Of a stretch of DNA of 64,000 nt, positions 38,951-52,199 are shown piece after piece. The position numbers and the translations under genes were made by a program. Source of the DNA: Eledone cirrhosa (lineage: Eukaryota). Where the stretch lies: positions 64,604,001 through 64,668,000 of the forward strand of contig OZ024742.1 in the NCBI GenBank assembly GCA_964016885.1. The letters run 5' to 3'. The notes below the pieces were generated by a model. The model was not told where the DNA came from. It worked only from the letters and a program-made list of their open reading frames with translations, and searched no databases. Every line of letters starts with the position of its first letter. Position 1 is the stretch's first letter.

Positions 38951-39129
38951 CAGTGGTGGACTGGTGAGGTTGCCAGGTTGCCCAAAGGCAAGTGGGCCCC
39001 AGAGGGCTCACGGTAGCATTGCAAGAGTCCACAGTAGCATTGCAGGACACACTGTAGTATTTTAGGGGCTAATGCTTTGTTTAAAAAAAAATACGTGAAA
39101 TCTAAGAGAAAGAATACACACACACACAC

Positions 39130-39193
<64 letters not shown>

Positions 39194-39433
39194 TGAGTGA
39201 ATGTGAAACACCAAAAGTCATTATTGAAGGTCTCTGGATTGCGCAAAATACATAATACTTTTTATTGGAGAAGGTAAGATATTTCCCCGCAAAAATTTGA
39301 TTGCACTGTTTTGTTTCCACTTATGAATTTTTTGAAAATGTTATTTATTCATTATGAAAATTAAATGATAGCATTCTGTATGTAGGTGAGCCCCCTTCAT
39401 CTGGCAACCAATATTTTTAGACCTAGTCCGCCA

Positions 39434-39436
<3 letters not shown>
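38951..39436. mobile_element. hAT-like MITE
   Basis: TIRs CAGTGGTGGACT / AGTCCGCCACTG; right part repeated at 40677-40865. Confidence 0.7.
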
Positions 39437-39490
<54 letters not shown>

Positions 39491-39613
39491 GGAGGTGAGT
39501 TTTATTGTAGTACAATAAAGCAATGCAGATATCGGATAAGAAGCACTCTACAGTTTGTGGGACTGGAGTATGCATAATATAAGATCAAAAGATGGTTAAA
39601 GGAGTTCCATATA

Positions 39614-39680
39614 TTTTATTATGCGCATTTCAAAAACAAACATCATCAAACAATAATATTTGTGTTTTCATCAGATAAAA
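39614..39680 (-). ncRNA. Type I hammerhead ribozyme
   Basis: Mirror of 39803-39869. Confidence 0.85.
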
Positions 39681-39802
39681 CAGGAGAACATGATATGAAG
39701 GCTAAAAAACACTTGTTGATAGTGCAGTTTTAAATCAACATATGTTGATTTAAAACTGCACTATCAACAAGTGTTTTTTAGCCTTCATATCATGTTCTCC
39801 TG

Positions 39803-39869
39803 TTTTATCTGATGAAAACACAAATATTATTGTTTGATGATGTTTGTTTTTGAAATGCGCATAATAAAA
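39803..39869 (+). ncRNA. Type I hammerhead ribozyme
   Basis: TTTTAT CTGATGA aaacACAAATATTATT gttt GATGATGTTTGTtttt GAAA TGCGCA TA ATAAAA. Confidence 0.85.
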
Positions 39870-39901
39870 TATATGGAACTCCTTTAACCATCTTTTGATC
39901 T

Positions 39902-39961
<60 letters not shown>

Positions 39962-39963
<2 letters not shown>

Positions 39964-40675
39964 TGCCAATCATTGTAAGTTTGAATCTAACTGACATGCA
40001 AAAACATATATATAGGAATAAGGCAAGCCCAAATCATAGTAGATTCAAATATCACAGAGAGAAGGAAAAAGAGAGAGAGAGAGAGAGGGAGAGAGAGAGA
40101 GGGGGTGGGCGGAGAATGAGGTGCAACAGAAATGAAACATGGATTACGGGTTAAAATATAGTCTAGAGAGATGTGAAACAAAACAAGGATGTAGTTTATG
40201 GAACACCCAAATGATTTAGATGTCGACCTTAACTAGGAGCAATAACATTAAGAAAGACATGAACGACAACACAATCCTTTGTTTTGAACATTTTGAAAGA
40301 AGGTTTATAAGTATGAATTTTCATAAGATTTTAGTAGTTGTTTCTGTGGCCTAGTGGTAGGTACTAGAGACTGTGGAGATCCTGGCCTTGGGTTCAATCC
40401 TGGTCAAAAGGTACATGTAACCTTTTTCAGTTTTCTATTTTACAACCAATAGAAACAAACTGAAAAGGTTTACCGGGAAACCTACTCACGACCAGGATCG
40501 GACTTCAGACCACAATCACCACCGTGTATGATTCCAACAGCTAGGCCACCGAGGCAGCTACAAAAGTATAATGAAAATTGATAATTATAAACCTATTTTC
40601 AAATTCAAAATTAAAAAGATGTGGTGTCGTTGATGGTTTTCCTAGAGCTATTAGTAATATTTAGGGTCGACTTCT
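39962..40675. mobile_element. Convergent-tRNA-head repeat, second full copy
   Basis: Colinear with 6532-7135; heads at ~40340-40410 (+) and ~40485-40560 (-). Confidence 0.7.
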
Positions 40676-40919
40676 GGTCATTATTGAAAGTCTCTGGATT
40701 TCGCAAAATACGTAATATTTTTTATTGAAGAAGATATTTTTCCGCAAAAATTTGATTGCACTGTTGTGTTTCCACTCATGTATTTTTCGAAAATGTTATT
40801 TATTCATTATAAAAATTAAATCATAGCACTCTATATGAAGGTGGGCCCCCTTCAGTCTGCCACTGTATATAGTACTTGTGGTGGGGAAGGGTGACAATGT
40901 TCTCAAGAAGGCTTGAAGC

Positions 40920-41435
40920 GTCGATGAAAATGGAGTATCAGGTCTGTTTTGGAAGACTTTCAGGTCAGAGAGCATTATGAATAACTTCCTTTAATGCTTG
41001 GTCTAGCAACGCTACCGATGGTGGGGGTGGATGCACTGCTGGTTCAAGATAAACTCTGCAGATACGGAAGGGCTATCAAGTATATATTTTCAAAACTCAT
41101 TCAGTGTCAGGGCATTATTGACTTGTGGAATTGTCAGACAGCTGCTGTCACGTGTAGGACAAATACGCCAATCGGCTGAGTCCATCGCGTGGATCATACT
41201 GTCACCCTCTTTCAAAAAAGAAGAGTAAGCAGTTTTATTCTGCCTGGTGGTTATAGCGAAAGAGATCATATGGTGGATGGAGTTCATAGGACTGAGGACA
41301 GACACATTCCTTTTTAAAGTTCTCCTTCAAGGTCCGATTGAAAAGAGTTGGGTGATTTCCTCCAGTGGTTTCTCTAAAAGGTATGTCGCGAAAATAATAA
41401 GAGTGAATGTTTCTACTCTCAACAAGTGTCTGTAG
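40920..41435 (+). pseudogene. Decayed Tx1 ORF2 C-terminal fragment
   Basis: LLVQDKLCRYG, IIDLWN, SPSFKKEE, AVLFCLVVIAKEIIWW, GLRTDTFL match the C-terminus of the 16090-19525 ORF2. Confidence 0.75.
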
Positions 41436-42159
41436 ATTTGAAACAGTGCTCCATTTTCTTGGAGAAGATACTTGTCTTTGGTGGTCAGGGCGACCTTAGA
41501 TCTTTGATATTCCTCTATCCTCTTTTTTGGAGGTTCTTCTGACTTCTTTGAACTACTACCATAATTGGATACAGAGTAAAGACCAACCACCATTTGTCAC
41601 AGCACTAACACCCCGATAGAACATCTACAGCTACCTGTTGACCGACAATCATCTATTGAGCAAAGCTAAACCAACAAAAACGGATGACAAAATTCTCCCT
41701 AACAGCTATGCTTCCACCACTCCAAGGGAACAAGCATTACTACCTGCCAAAGCTGCCATCCACTATGATAAAAAATACACCCTGTCGAGACCTGTGTGCA
41801 TATGAATTGAGCGAGCAAGATTCAGTTAGAACTAGAATGTAAGCTATATACAACCTAATGGTACTTTCCAATACTTTTGGAGTTTCCAACAACTCGTTTG
41901 ATAATGGCTAGTTTATAAGAAACATATCATTCTATTCATTCTTATCTCACTTATCCAACTTTGTTACCCAAATAATTGCAACATTGCCTTTACTGTAGTG
42001 GCTTCCAAAACATACCCACTCTTCATATTCCATAATGCTTTAAGCAAACTATATCACTCTAAATATACAACATATCACTCTCTAAATATACAACATATCA
42101 CTCTCTAAATATACATATAAAATAACAGTGTATGTATACTTTTTTTTTTTTTGTAGAGC

Positions 42160-42484
42160 GAAAGACTCTTAAGACATCTGTCTAAGAGAAGGCCACTCTG
42201 ATATAAAACCTGCGACTTCATTTACATCCAGTTATGTAGACCAGTTCTTCTTTTGGAGTAAATGCATTCGATTATCAGAGAGTGGGATTGGCTCTGTGCA
42301 AAGTCTTTCCTCACTTAAAAAAGCTTCAAGCACAGGCATCGCTTGATATGTGACATTCTTTTTGGCGGGCATGGTATTGTTGGCCATAGGCAAGTCCCTA
42401 GCAGGACTAAAAAGCCACGTCCATAATGCTTTGCTTAAGTATCAAGCGAAGGCATCACTCGAAATCGAGTTGCAGCCATCATCA
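42160..42484 (+). mobile_element. Diverged bipartite RTE derivative
   Basis: Similar to 14535-14903; KSLAGLKSH remnant and ...GCAGCCATCATCA(TGTA)n end. Confidence 0.65.
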
Positions 42485-42547
42485 TGTATGTATGTATGTA
42501 TGTATGTATGTATGTATGTATGTATGTATGTATGTATGTATGTATGT

Positions 42548-42602
42548 TAGATCATTGGCTGGGCTAAAAAGCGACATTCGATCGCAGCGCTGTTAGTTGC
42601 TA

Positions 42603-42657
<55 letters not shown>

Positions 42658-42855
42658 TGTGTGGGTGTGTGTGTGGGTGGGTGTGGGTGTGTGTGTGTGT
42701 CTGTGTCTGTGTGTGTGTGTGTGTATGTGTGTGTGTGTATAGATATGCTTATGTGTGTGCGTGTATGTGTATATATATATGTATATGTATATTATTATTG
42801 TTGTTGTCGTTATTATTATTATTGTTGTTATTATTATTATTATTATTGTTATTAA

Positions 42856-42944
<89 letters not shown>

Positions 42945-43031
42945 TTTTTAATTTTATTTTTTATTTATTCATTTTTTTTTTTCCTCCTCGTGCAATGGCC
43001 ATACTCGATAACGAGGTGGCGGCCATCATCA
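42548..43031 (+). mobile_element. RTE 3' end fragment
   Basis: Matches 13948-14183, including the compound microsatellite in the 3' UTR. Confidence 0.85.
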
Positions 43032-43121
43032 TGTCTGTATACACACACACACACTGTGTTAAGAAACATTGGGAAAATTAAGATTTGGAATGCAGTCATC
43101 CTAATGTAATTGCCTATATAA

Positions 43122-43236
43122 TTGTTTCTACTGTTGGCACAAGGCCAGCAATTACCCAGTGCATTACTGGTACTTTATTTTATCGACCCCGGAAGGATGA
43201 AAGGCAAAGTTAACCTCGGCGGGATTTGAACTCAGA
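43122..43236 (-). mobile_element. Short SINE with TSD TTGCCTATATAAT
   Basis: Consensus match and flanking duplication. Confidence 0.8.
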
Positions 43237-43475
43237 TATTTGCCTATATAATGATAGTCAATCACAATAAATAATAGTTAAAGAAATTTGGTAAAGTACC
43301 GTCCGCTTTTTCTATCTCCAGAAGTATTTTATCTGTTTTTCTCAACTACAATTTATAGTTATTTACCTTGGGACGACTACATTTCACACACACACGTGCA
43401 TACATACATACATACATACATACATACATACATACATACATACATACATACATACATACATACATACATACATAC

Positions 43476-43883
43476 GTAGTTTGGGACCACACATTGAAAA
43501 CGTGTTCTGTTGTGGAGATCAGCTGCCCACTTGATGTAAACGTTGTCAGAAAAATACAGGAGAAGGAGGACATCTACGGACCATTGATGAGGAGTTTACA
43601 AATCCAGTATCCAAGATACACCTTTAGCTTCATGCCCATCATTATTGGTGCTACGGGTTATATACCAACCCGCTTGGACCAAAGTATGACTGAACTTGGA
43701 TTTGCGGACAAAAAGCGCAGCTCCCTAATTCATAGTCTACAAATGGCTGCGATAGCTGGCACCTTCAAAATTTGCAAAACATTCTTGCGATTCAAGGGAT
43801 GACAATTTCTTTTCTTTTACAACCTTGCCACCAGGAAGGTGGCCGGTCAAAAAAATATACTCGAAATTAAGAGAAAGAGAAAA
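43476..43883 (+). mobile_element. Dong/R4-type RLE retrotransposon, short 3' fragment in (CATA)n
   Basis: VVWDHTLKTCSVVEISCPLD...; near-identical to 45008-45420. Confidence 0.85.
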
Positions 43884-43952
43884 CATACATACATACATAC
43901 ATACATACATACATACATACATACATACATACATACATACATACATACATAC

Positions 43953-44449
43953 ATGGTGGCTGCCAACTCGTTTTCGAGTACGGCCACTACTTTATATCCA
44001 TGCAGGAGGACCCCTACCGATGCGCTGAACGAGTGTGACTTTTCAGTCCGGCCAGCGACTTGAAAACTTTGGTACAAACACTACACATGTGACAATTATT
44101 GACACATAGTGCTGGGCCCATGGTACCATGTGACGACAAGTGCAGAGAGATCTCCAGATATAAAGCAATGCCTGTGCCGTGAAGTTTTTATAGTGAGCAA
44201 AGGCACTGCACAAAGCCAGTCCCACTCTCTTAACCAAGATGATATTTACCAAAAAGAAGAACAAGTCAACATCATTGGATATCATCAGGGTTGCAGGTGT
44301 GATATCAGAGTTTTCCTTCTCCTAGAATTCTGCCTTGACAAAGGCTAAGGGGTCATCTCTCCCGGTGATTTTGGATGGCCATTGACTCTTAAGAGCTCCT
44401 TTGCCCTTTGACAGGTTTTGTTTTTAGTCCTGCAGGATGTCCAAAGTCA
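43953..44449 (-). mobile_element. Bipartite RTE derivative, 5'-truncated
   Basis: Reverse complement of ~14407-14903; (TACA)n on both sides. Confidence 0.85.
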
Positions 44450-44546
44450 TACATACATACATACATACATACATACATACATACATACATACATACATAC
44501 ATACATACATACATACATACATACATACATACATACATACATACAT

Positions 44547-45420
44547 AAAAAATTGACCAATTTACAGAAAAAGTTGTGCATGGATACTTGAGACGTAAAA
44601 CACAGAGCATAGATGGGATAAACCACTCAAAAAGCCTGGCATGGAGTTCCGACAAGTTTATGACATCACACCTTGAGGGATATCTCTATGCAATACAGGA
44701 ACAAGAACTCCCTACCAAATATCTGCTGCACAAAAGAGGAGGGCCAGCAGCTGACAATAAATGTAGGCTATGTAAAACAAAGATCGAGGATGTAAGCCAC
44801 ATTGTTGCCAGCTGCGAAAGAATGTCATCTCGCTACTACCTCCCCATGAGACACGATGGGATAGCTAGAACCATCTGGAACGCACTTCGGAAAACAAAAT
44901 TAACAACAAACGAGGAAGAATATATTAAGACAGATGGCACTAAGGAATACTGGTGGAACCTGAAAATAAAAACTGCCACCAAATTAAAGCACAACCGGCC
45001 TGATATTGTTGTTTGGGACCACACATTGAAAACGTGTTCTGTTGTGGAGATCAGCTGCCCACTTGATGTAAGCGTTGTCAGAAAAATACAGGAGAAGGAG
45101 GACATCTACGGACCATTGATGAGGAGTTTATAAATCCAGTATCCAAGATACACCTTTAGCTTCATACCCATCATTATTGGAGCTACGGGTTATATACCAA
45201 CCCGCTTAGACCAAAATATGACTGAACTTGGATTTGCGGACAAAAAGCGCAGCTCCCTAATTCATAGTCTACAAATGGCTGCGATAGCTGGCACCTTCAA
45301 AATTTGCAAAACATTCTTGCGTTTCAAGGGATGACAATTTCTTTTCTTTTACAACCTTGCCACCAGGAAGGTGGCCGGTCAAAAAAAATATACTCGAAAT
45401 TAAGAGAAAGAGATAACAAA
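44547..45420 (+). mobile_element. Dong/R4-type RLE retrotransposon 3' fragment in (CATA)n
   Basis: EGYLYAIQEQ, CRLC...EDVSHIVASC (CCHC), RHD, RPDIVV...VEISCP (PD-(D/E)xK-type restriction-like endonuclease). TAA at 45131 where the paralog has CAA. Confidence 0.88.
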
Positions 45421-45433
45421 CATACATACATAC

Positions 45434-46005
45434 ATGTTGGCTACCCCCTTGTTATCGAATATGGCCATTGCACGATATACCATTATTAATAATTATTAAT
45501 TAATGCTATCATGCAATGCCTGTGCGTGAAGATATTTTTTAAAGTGAGGAAAGACTGTGCACTGAGCCAATCCCACTCTCTGAGCGACAGTAGCTATAAC
45601 CCGAAAAGAAGAAAAGATCAACATCATCGGTAACTACTGAGCCGCAGGTTTTATATCGGAGTTATCCCAGTTTCTTGAGTTGCCTTCTCCTAGAAGAATG
45701 CCCTGACAAAGGCTAGGGGTCCTTCACTCCCAATGGTTTAACCGCGTGATCGGGTATCCAGCCCGATTATTTCTATGGCCCCGCGCATATATATACACAT
45801 GTACACATGCATATACATAAATATATATATACATACATGTGTATATACATATTTACACATTTTTGGATGGCCGTTGATTCTGCTGAGTTTCTCTGCCCTT
45901 TGGCGGGTCTTGTATTTCATCCCACAGGGTGCCCAAATATCACCCTCCTCACCAAGCAAGGTTGGTGGGGTTGCCAGTTTAGTCGCCGACGACCCGACCA
46001 CGAGA
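45434..46005 (-). mobile_element. Diverged bipartite RTE derivative
   Basis: Minus-strand similarity to 14350-14700 and to the RTE 3' terminus. Confidence 0.65.
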
Positions 46006-46028
46006 CATACATACAAACATACATACAC

Positions 46029-46095
<67 letters not shown>

Positions 46096-46230
46096 TATAC
46101 ATTCTTTCTTTGATTTTTAATAATGTCTTTAGTCATTCATATAGACCTCAGTACATACACACATACAAAAATACACATATACAAACATACATACATACAT
46201 ACATGTGTGCGTGTATGAATGTGAGTGTGT

Positions 46231-46308
<78 letters not shown>

Positions 46309-46914
46309 CACACACACATATATTGTAAATATTTAGAGGATATTCTGAAAGAGACATAATAAAGGATAAGTTAAAATAAATATCTACTTACCAACATTTT
46401 CTTCTGGAAATGAATCACCAAAGAGAAGTGAAGAATAGGTTTTCTGTAGAATAGAACGGACAAAAACATTAAAAGAATTATTAGTTGGCCAATATAAAAT
46501 GTTAAAATACATATATTATATAATAAGCGTGAGAATTTGTTGGTCTTAAAACAGCAAGTCGTAATTTCTGAACGAATCTACTCAACATTTTTCATAGAGA
46601 TCTAAATTCCACACCCTAGAATAATCCGCAAATGAATATATCCCGACTCCTAGTCGCCCAATGGGTAAAAATGGTGGTTTGAAGAAAGGGGATGGAGAAA
46701 GACTGGCGGATCTAATGGAGTAGTAGTTCTTTTTTTTATTTTCCCTTTCTTTCTCGTCATCTATCCTTTCAATTCTGTCCTTCTCTTTTGCCTTCTTACT
46801 CACAAACGCACACATGCAATTTGCTCACTCTTGTTCATGCGTTTGCATGCTTGTACACATGTAATTATGAATTCATGTATAAGCATAATGTGTACACGCA
46901 CGTACGCACATTGA

Positions 46915-46988
46915 CAGTGTCACTTTTTTGCACCACCAAACGGTCTCGTAGCCGTAAATACGGCCAACTCTTTCAGATGCGATCAAAA

Positions 46989-47027
<39 letters not shown>

Positions 47028-47579
47028 ATAGAACGATACATTAGATTTCATAGGCTGATTACGTAAAACATTGAAACACGTGTAAAACTTTCCAGTATTC
47101 AATAAATGAATCATTGAATATCAGCGAATGTGTCTTGTTTTTCTATTAATCTGTATATCTAAAACTCCACGGATTACCCATATTGGATTGATTTATCTTA
47201 CTTGTCAACACAACTGATAGAATTGGTAGTATCGGTAGAGGGTTGGACGCCATGCTTTCTAGCATAGTTACGTCCCTTTACGGTCTGAGTTCAAATCCCG
47301 TCGAGGTTAACTTTGCCTTTCATCCTTATGGGTCGATAAAATAAACTACCAGTAATGTACTGGGTATTTGCTGGCCTTGTGCCAAAAGTAGAAACAATTA
47401 AATAAATATTAGGGGCAAACAGTTCGCTACGGGAATCGAACAACCTAACAGCTAAGCCACGCATCTTCACACACACACACACACATACACATATATATAC
47501 ACACATTTTGATCGCATCTAAAAGAGTTGGCCGTATTTACGTCTACGAAACCGTTTGGTGGTGTAAAAAAGTGAAACTG
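46915..47579. mobile_element. MITE-like element with ~78 bp inverted arms (CAGT...ACTG) carrying a SINE at ~47220-47400
   Basis: 46915-46992 is the reverse complement of 47501-47579. Confidence 0.7.
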
Positions 47580-47635
47580 ATAATGTGTGTGCGTGCGCGC
47601 GCGCGTGTGTGCGAAGCAAAAAAGAGAGAAAGAAG

Positions 47636-49745
47636 TGTAGCGGTTGTCTCCCTTGTTTTGATTGGGATCTAGACGGGAGGTGGAACCCTTTCTACGACTT
47701 CCGGTCAGAGCCCTATAAAACTAACAACTTTAAGCTTCCTCTCTCTCTTTGTCTTTTCGGCACCAGGTCAAGAGTCTTCTCATTTGGCTCTGCCATTAAT
47801 TTGGCCAACAGGCGCCTGGCCTTAGCCAGGCGCCCTCTGCCAGCCGCGTTTGCCTGGCAATCAAAACGGTAACTACTAACTTTGTTTCATTCTAACATCT
47901 ATCTTTGACATGTCAAGTATTCTATCTACCGTTAATTAAATATTATATACACAAACAATGTCTCGTTTTGTTACATTCATACACCCAGTATCCTCGCTAT
48001 ATTGGTAACCCTGACGTGATACGAACACGCAGCCGTTCATCGCTATAAGGGTCACCCCCCCAAAAAAGAAAAAAATAGCACATCTGGTTTTGTGAGTAAC
48101 ATTACGAATACACAGCAAATTTAGCGACAAACTATGAAAATACTCAAGGACACGCACACACGCACATGTGGAATTCGCACAGACATACTTTTTCTCTCAC
48201 GCATCAATTAACTGTCGCATTTCACCAATATATATATATATATGTTTCTCGTTTCTTACAACGAACACTTTCAAAACAAAAAAAAACATTTCACGATATA
48301 TATATATGTTTCTCGTTTCTTACAACGAACTCTTTCAAAACACAAAAAAAAAAAAAAGAAATTTGATATTCTTTAAAAAAACATTTCAACAGGAACATTT
48401 ATTTTCGATGAACCATTGCCTTTTGTTCATCGTTTTCTTCATCGTTCAAGTTTTTTGTTTTTTTCCAAAGTTCACACCTATAATTATGCTGATTGAAGCC
48501 TTTCTTTTTCATCATTGTCACTTTCAAAATTGCACTATCATTTTCTCGCGCGTTAGAAATATTTTTTTTCAACCTTGTATTGGCACGTGTAGGCAGCATA
48601 AATTCTCGATTCACTGAGATGTCTCTACTCACAGACAGCCGCACGCCAGAGATAGCATTTCTCCCCCAAGGATTCTTCAGCCTTAAGCTATATTCTTCTA
48701 TTTGCCGGTTTATAAATTTACAATGTAAATTTACCGTTGATAACCGCGCATTTATTAAGAATGCTTATTTCTCTGGTCGCTGGCCTCTTGACCCTTCCAG
48801 GTCAACGCATTCTCAACATCGACCATCAACTTCGGCTGCTATTTCTAGCACTTTGCGCAACTCATTTTTTTCTAAAAAAAAATTTTTTTACTGTGAATTT
48901 AAACACCGAATACGCTCACTCAGCGAGACAACAGCAGCAGCAACAGCAATATAACAGCAACAGCAATACATCAATACAGCTTCACCAAAGCCAGAGAATT
49001 CATTTTTGCAGCACTCTTCCTGTGAGAAAATCCATTCGGAGGTTGGAAATTTCACGATATACCACAGAACAGAAACCACCTGCATTCATTCTCTGGAACA
49101 CACTTTCTTTCCTGCTGTCATGTGATTGCACACCTGTGAACTATATTTTGAACTTTGAGCTCTTCTATTACTTTTACTTTATTACATTGTATCTTTGGGT
49201 GATGGATAGATGGATGTCCAGTCGTTCTCTGGCCAAGAGCGGTTGGCTACCTTGATATCTATCATTGATTTTTCCAAACATTCTTTTGTCGTAATTTTCA
49301 TGCCTGTTACAACATTCTCGCCAACTTGCTACATATTTTCATTTCGATTTTTATACACTAAAATTCTGGCGGGAGGTTATGTAGCGGTTGTCTCCCTTGT
49401 TTTGATTGGGATCTAGACGGGAGGTGGAACCCTTTCTACGACTTCCGGTCAGAGCCCTATAAAACTAACAACTTTAAGCTTCCTCTCTCTCTTTGCCTTT
49501 TCGGCACCAGGTCAAGAGTCTTCTCATTTGGCTCTGCCATTAATTTGGCCAACAGGCGCCTGGCCTTAGCCAGGCGCCCTCTGCCAGCCGCGTTTGCCTG
49601 GCAATCAAAACGGTAACTACTAACTTTGTTTCATTCTAACATCTATCTTTGACATGTCAAGTATTCTATCTACCGTTAATTAAATATTATATACACAAAC
49701 AATGTCTCGTTTTGTTACATTCATACACCCAGTATCCTCGCTATA
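47636..49745 (+). mobile_element. Non-autonomous LTR retrotransposon (Gypsy-like, tRNA-Trp primed)
   Basis: 366 bp LTRs at 47636-48001 and 49380-49745 (one difference seen), PBS TGGTAACCCTGACGTGAT at 48003, purine tract GGCGGGAGG before the 3' LTR, 4 bp TSD GAAG, no gag/pol ORF. Confidence 0.92.
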
Positions 49746-49759
49746 GAAGTATTCATATG

Positions 49760-50370
49760 TATGCATACGTATAAAGATGTGTGGGTATGTATACGCACTG
49801 TGCACATGGTTACATACATGCATATAAAGATGTGTATGCATGTATACATCCCGTACATATAGCTACAGTCATATAAAAGATATGTACATATGTGTGAATA
49901 TGTATACACACCGTAAACATGGCTATATGCATACACACTGTAAACATGCCTATATGTGTGAATATGTATACACACCGAACACGTAGCTATATACATACAT
50001 ACAAATATGTCTGTGAATATGTATACGCACCGTAAACATGCCTATATGCATACATATAAATATGTGTGAATATGTATACACACCGTGAACATGCCTATAT
50101 ACATACAGATAAATATGTGTGAATATGTATACACACCAAACACACGGCTATATACATACATATAAATATGTATGAATATGTATACATACCGTAAACATAC
50201 CTATATACAACATATAAATATGTGTGAATATGTATATACACCGTAAACATGCCTATATACATACATATAGATATGTGTGAATATGTATACACACCGTAAA
50301 CATGCCTATATACATACATATAGATATGTGTGAATATGTATACACACCGTAAACATGCCTATATACGTGC
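49760..50370. repeat. ~50 bp minisatellite (ATATGTGTGAATATGTATACACACCGTAAACATGCCTATATACATACATATA)
   Basis: About 11 degenerate tandem units. Confidence 0.85.
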
Positions 50371-50729
50371 TTAATTACTTCTCATTTTATAGTTTTGACA
50401 ATTCACTGTCGATATTTTAATCCAACAATCTTTCCTTCTGGAAAGATTCTTGGAATGTTTGAACAGATAAATATTCCTTCTAAAGAATGTGCCTTACTTC
50501 ACAGTTACTGTGTGTGTGTGTATACATTATAGCTGTGTGTGTGTGTGTGTGTTTATACATTATAGCTGTATGTGTGTATGTTGCGTGTATGTTATTGTTT
50601 TGAGTATGTGAGTATGTATGTATGTGTGTATATGTGTGCGTGTAAGTGTGCGTGTATATTGTTGTTGCGTGCATGTGTGCGTTGTGTGTATGTTACTGTT
50701 GTGAGTATGAACGCGTGTATGTGTGTGCG

Positions 50730-50760
<31 letters not shown>

Positions 50761-51350
50761 GTGTGTGTTGTTATTGTTGTTCCTGCTGCTGTTGTTGAGG
50801 TGTATGTGTTGCTGTTGTTGAGGACACAACATAACCGAATGGTTAAAAAGTTCGCTTTGCAATCTTTAGGTCATATGTTCAATCCTAGTACTTGGCATCT
50901 TAGACAAGCGTCTTTTACCAAACCCTTGGGTTGACCCAAGCCTTGTGAGAGAAATTTGGCAGACGGAAACTGTTTGGGAGCCTGTTAGGAGGACTGTACA
51001 TGTAATTCAAATGGCCTGTCTTGTCACACACTTTGACACGCTGAATGTCCCTGTACACGTATTTGTTGAATTCTCAATCACTCACATTAATTTCATGAGT
51101 AGGCTTTTCCATTGATCAAACAACTAGAATACATATCGTCAAGACTGACGGAAATCCATTCCATCATGTTGTAGTGTGTTGCTGTTATATGTATATGTGT
51201 GTTGGATATCTGTCAGTTTATACAAGTGTTCCAATTGTTCGAACAACAGAACAACAGAACAACCTGATTGTGTAATTAACGAGCAAGTGACTGAGTATTC
51301 CACAGTCAAGAATAACCTTAGCGTAGTTCTTTGAGAGATTCAATATAGCA

Positions 51351-51470
51351 CACCTGTCCTGGGTGTCAAGGTAGACCATACACCTGTCCTGCGTGTACAG
51401 GTAGACCATACACCTGTTCTAGGTGTACAGGTAGACCATACACCTGTCCTAGGTGTACAGGTAGACCATG
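51351..51470. repeat. 30 bp tandem repeat x4 (CACCTGTCCTAGGTGTACAGGTAGACCATA)
   Basis: Directly visible, no spacers. Confidence 0.9.
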
Positions 51471-51649
51471 CACATATTATGATTGTGAAGCGAACTTCTT
51501 AACTATTCGGCCATGCTGCCTCCACAAAAGAGAAAAAAAAACAAACAAACAGAATGAAACCTTTTTTCGCGAGGTTAAAACAATATGAAAATCCAAACAT
51601 CATTAATGAAGAATTTTGAAGGACTTACTAAAATTATTTATTATTAGAG

Positions 51650-51813
51650 TTACGGTCCTTTACATTCTGAGTTCAAATCCCGCCGAAGTTAGCTTTGCCT
51701 TTCATCCTTACGGGATCGATAAGATAAAGTACCAGTAATGTACTGGGGTCGATTTAATCGACTTTCCCCTCCCACAAAATTGCTGGCCTTGTGCCTAAAT
51801 CAGAAACCATTAT
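51650..51813 (+). mobile_element. Short SINE (abundant family, longer variant)
   Basis: Consensus match; a further minus copy at ~52074-52180. Confidence 0.8.
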
Positions 51814-52199
51814 TACATTTCTAACATATCGTTCTCATATGCAATAATGTTGAATAGATTTACTTTAAATAGGAATACTTTAAAACGAGTGATTTTGTTT
51901 CAAAGAACCAGAGCCTGTTTTGGCCAGGTTAAATTCATTCATTCTTTTTAGTTTGTACACCGAAAATGAAATTATCATTGATGATGGAAAGCTACACTTA
52001 TGATGCTACACATCGATGTCGAAACAAGAGCACACTTTTGTAGATTTATTAGTATTACTAAAATACCTTCAAATAATTGTTTCTACTTTTGGCACAAAGC
52101 CAGCAATTACCCCAGTGCATTATTGGTGCTTTATTTTATTGACCCCGTAAGGATGAAAGGCAAAGTTAACCTCGGCGGGAAATACCTTCAGATAATATA

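Larger units (their letters stand above)
39487..39909. mobile_element. Solo fold-back pLTR of the 1938-6478 PLE family: perfect 336 bp palindrome plus tail
   Basis: 39574-39909 is symmetric about 39741/39742; 39487-39745 is homologous to 1938-2195. Confidence 0.88.

Noticed and set aside
48493-49255. ORFs inside the LTR element as gag/protease
   Set aside because: No convincing zinc knuckle or D(T/S)G motif; KFTVDNRA is too weak.
51351-51470. CRISPR-like 30 bp repeats
   Set aside because: Units are contiguous with no unique spacers, and the context is eukaryotic.
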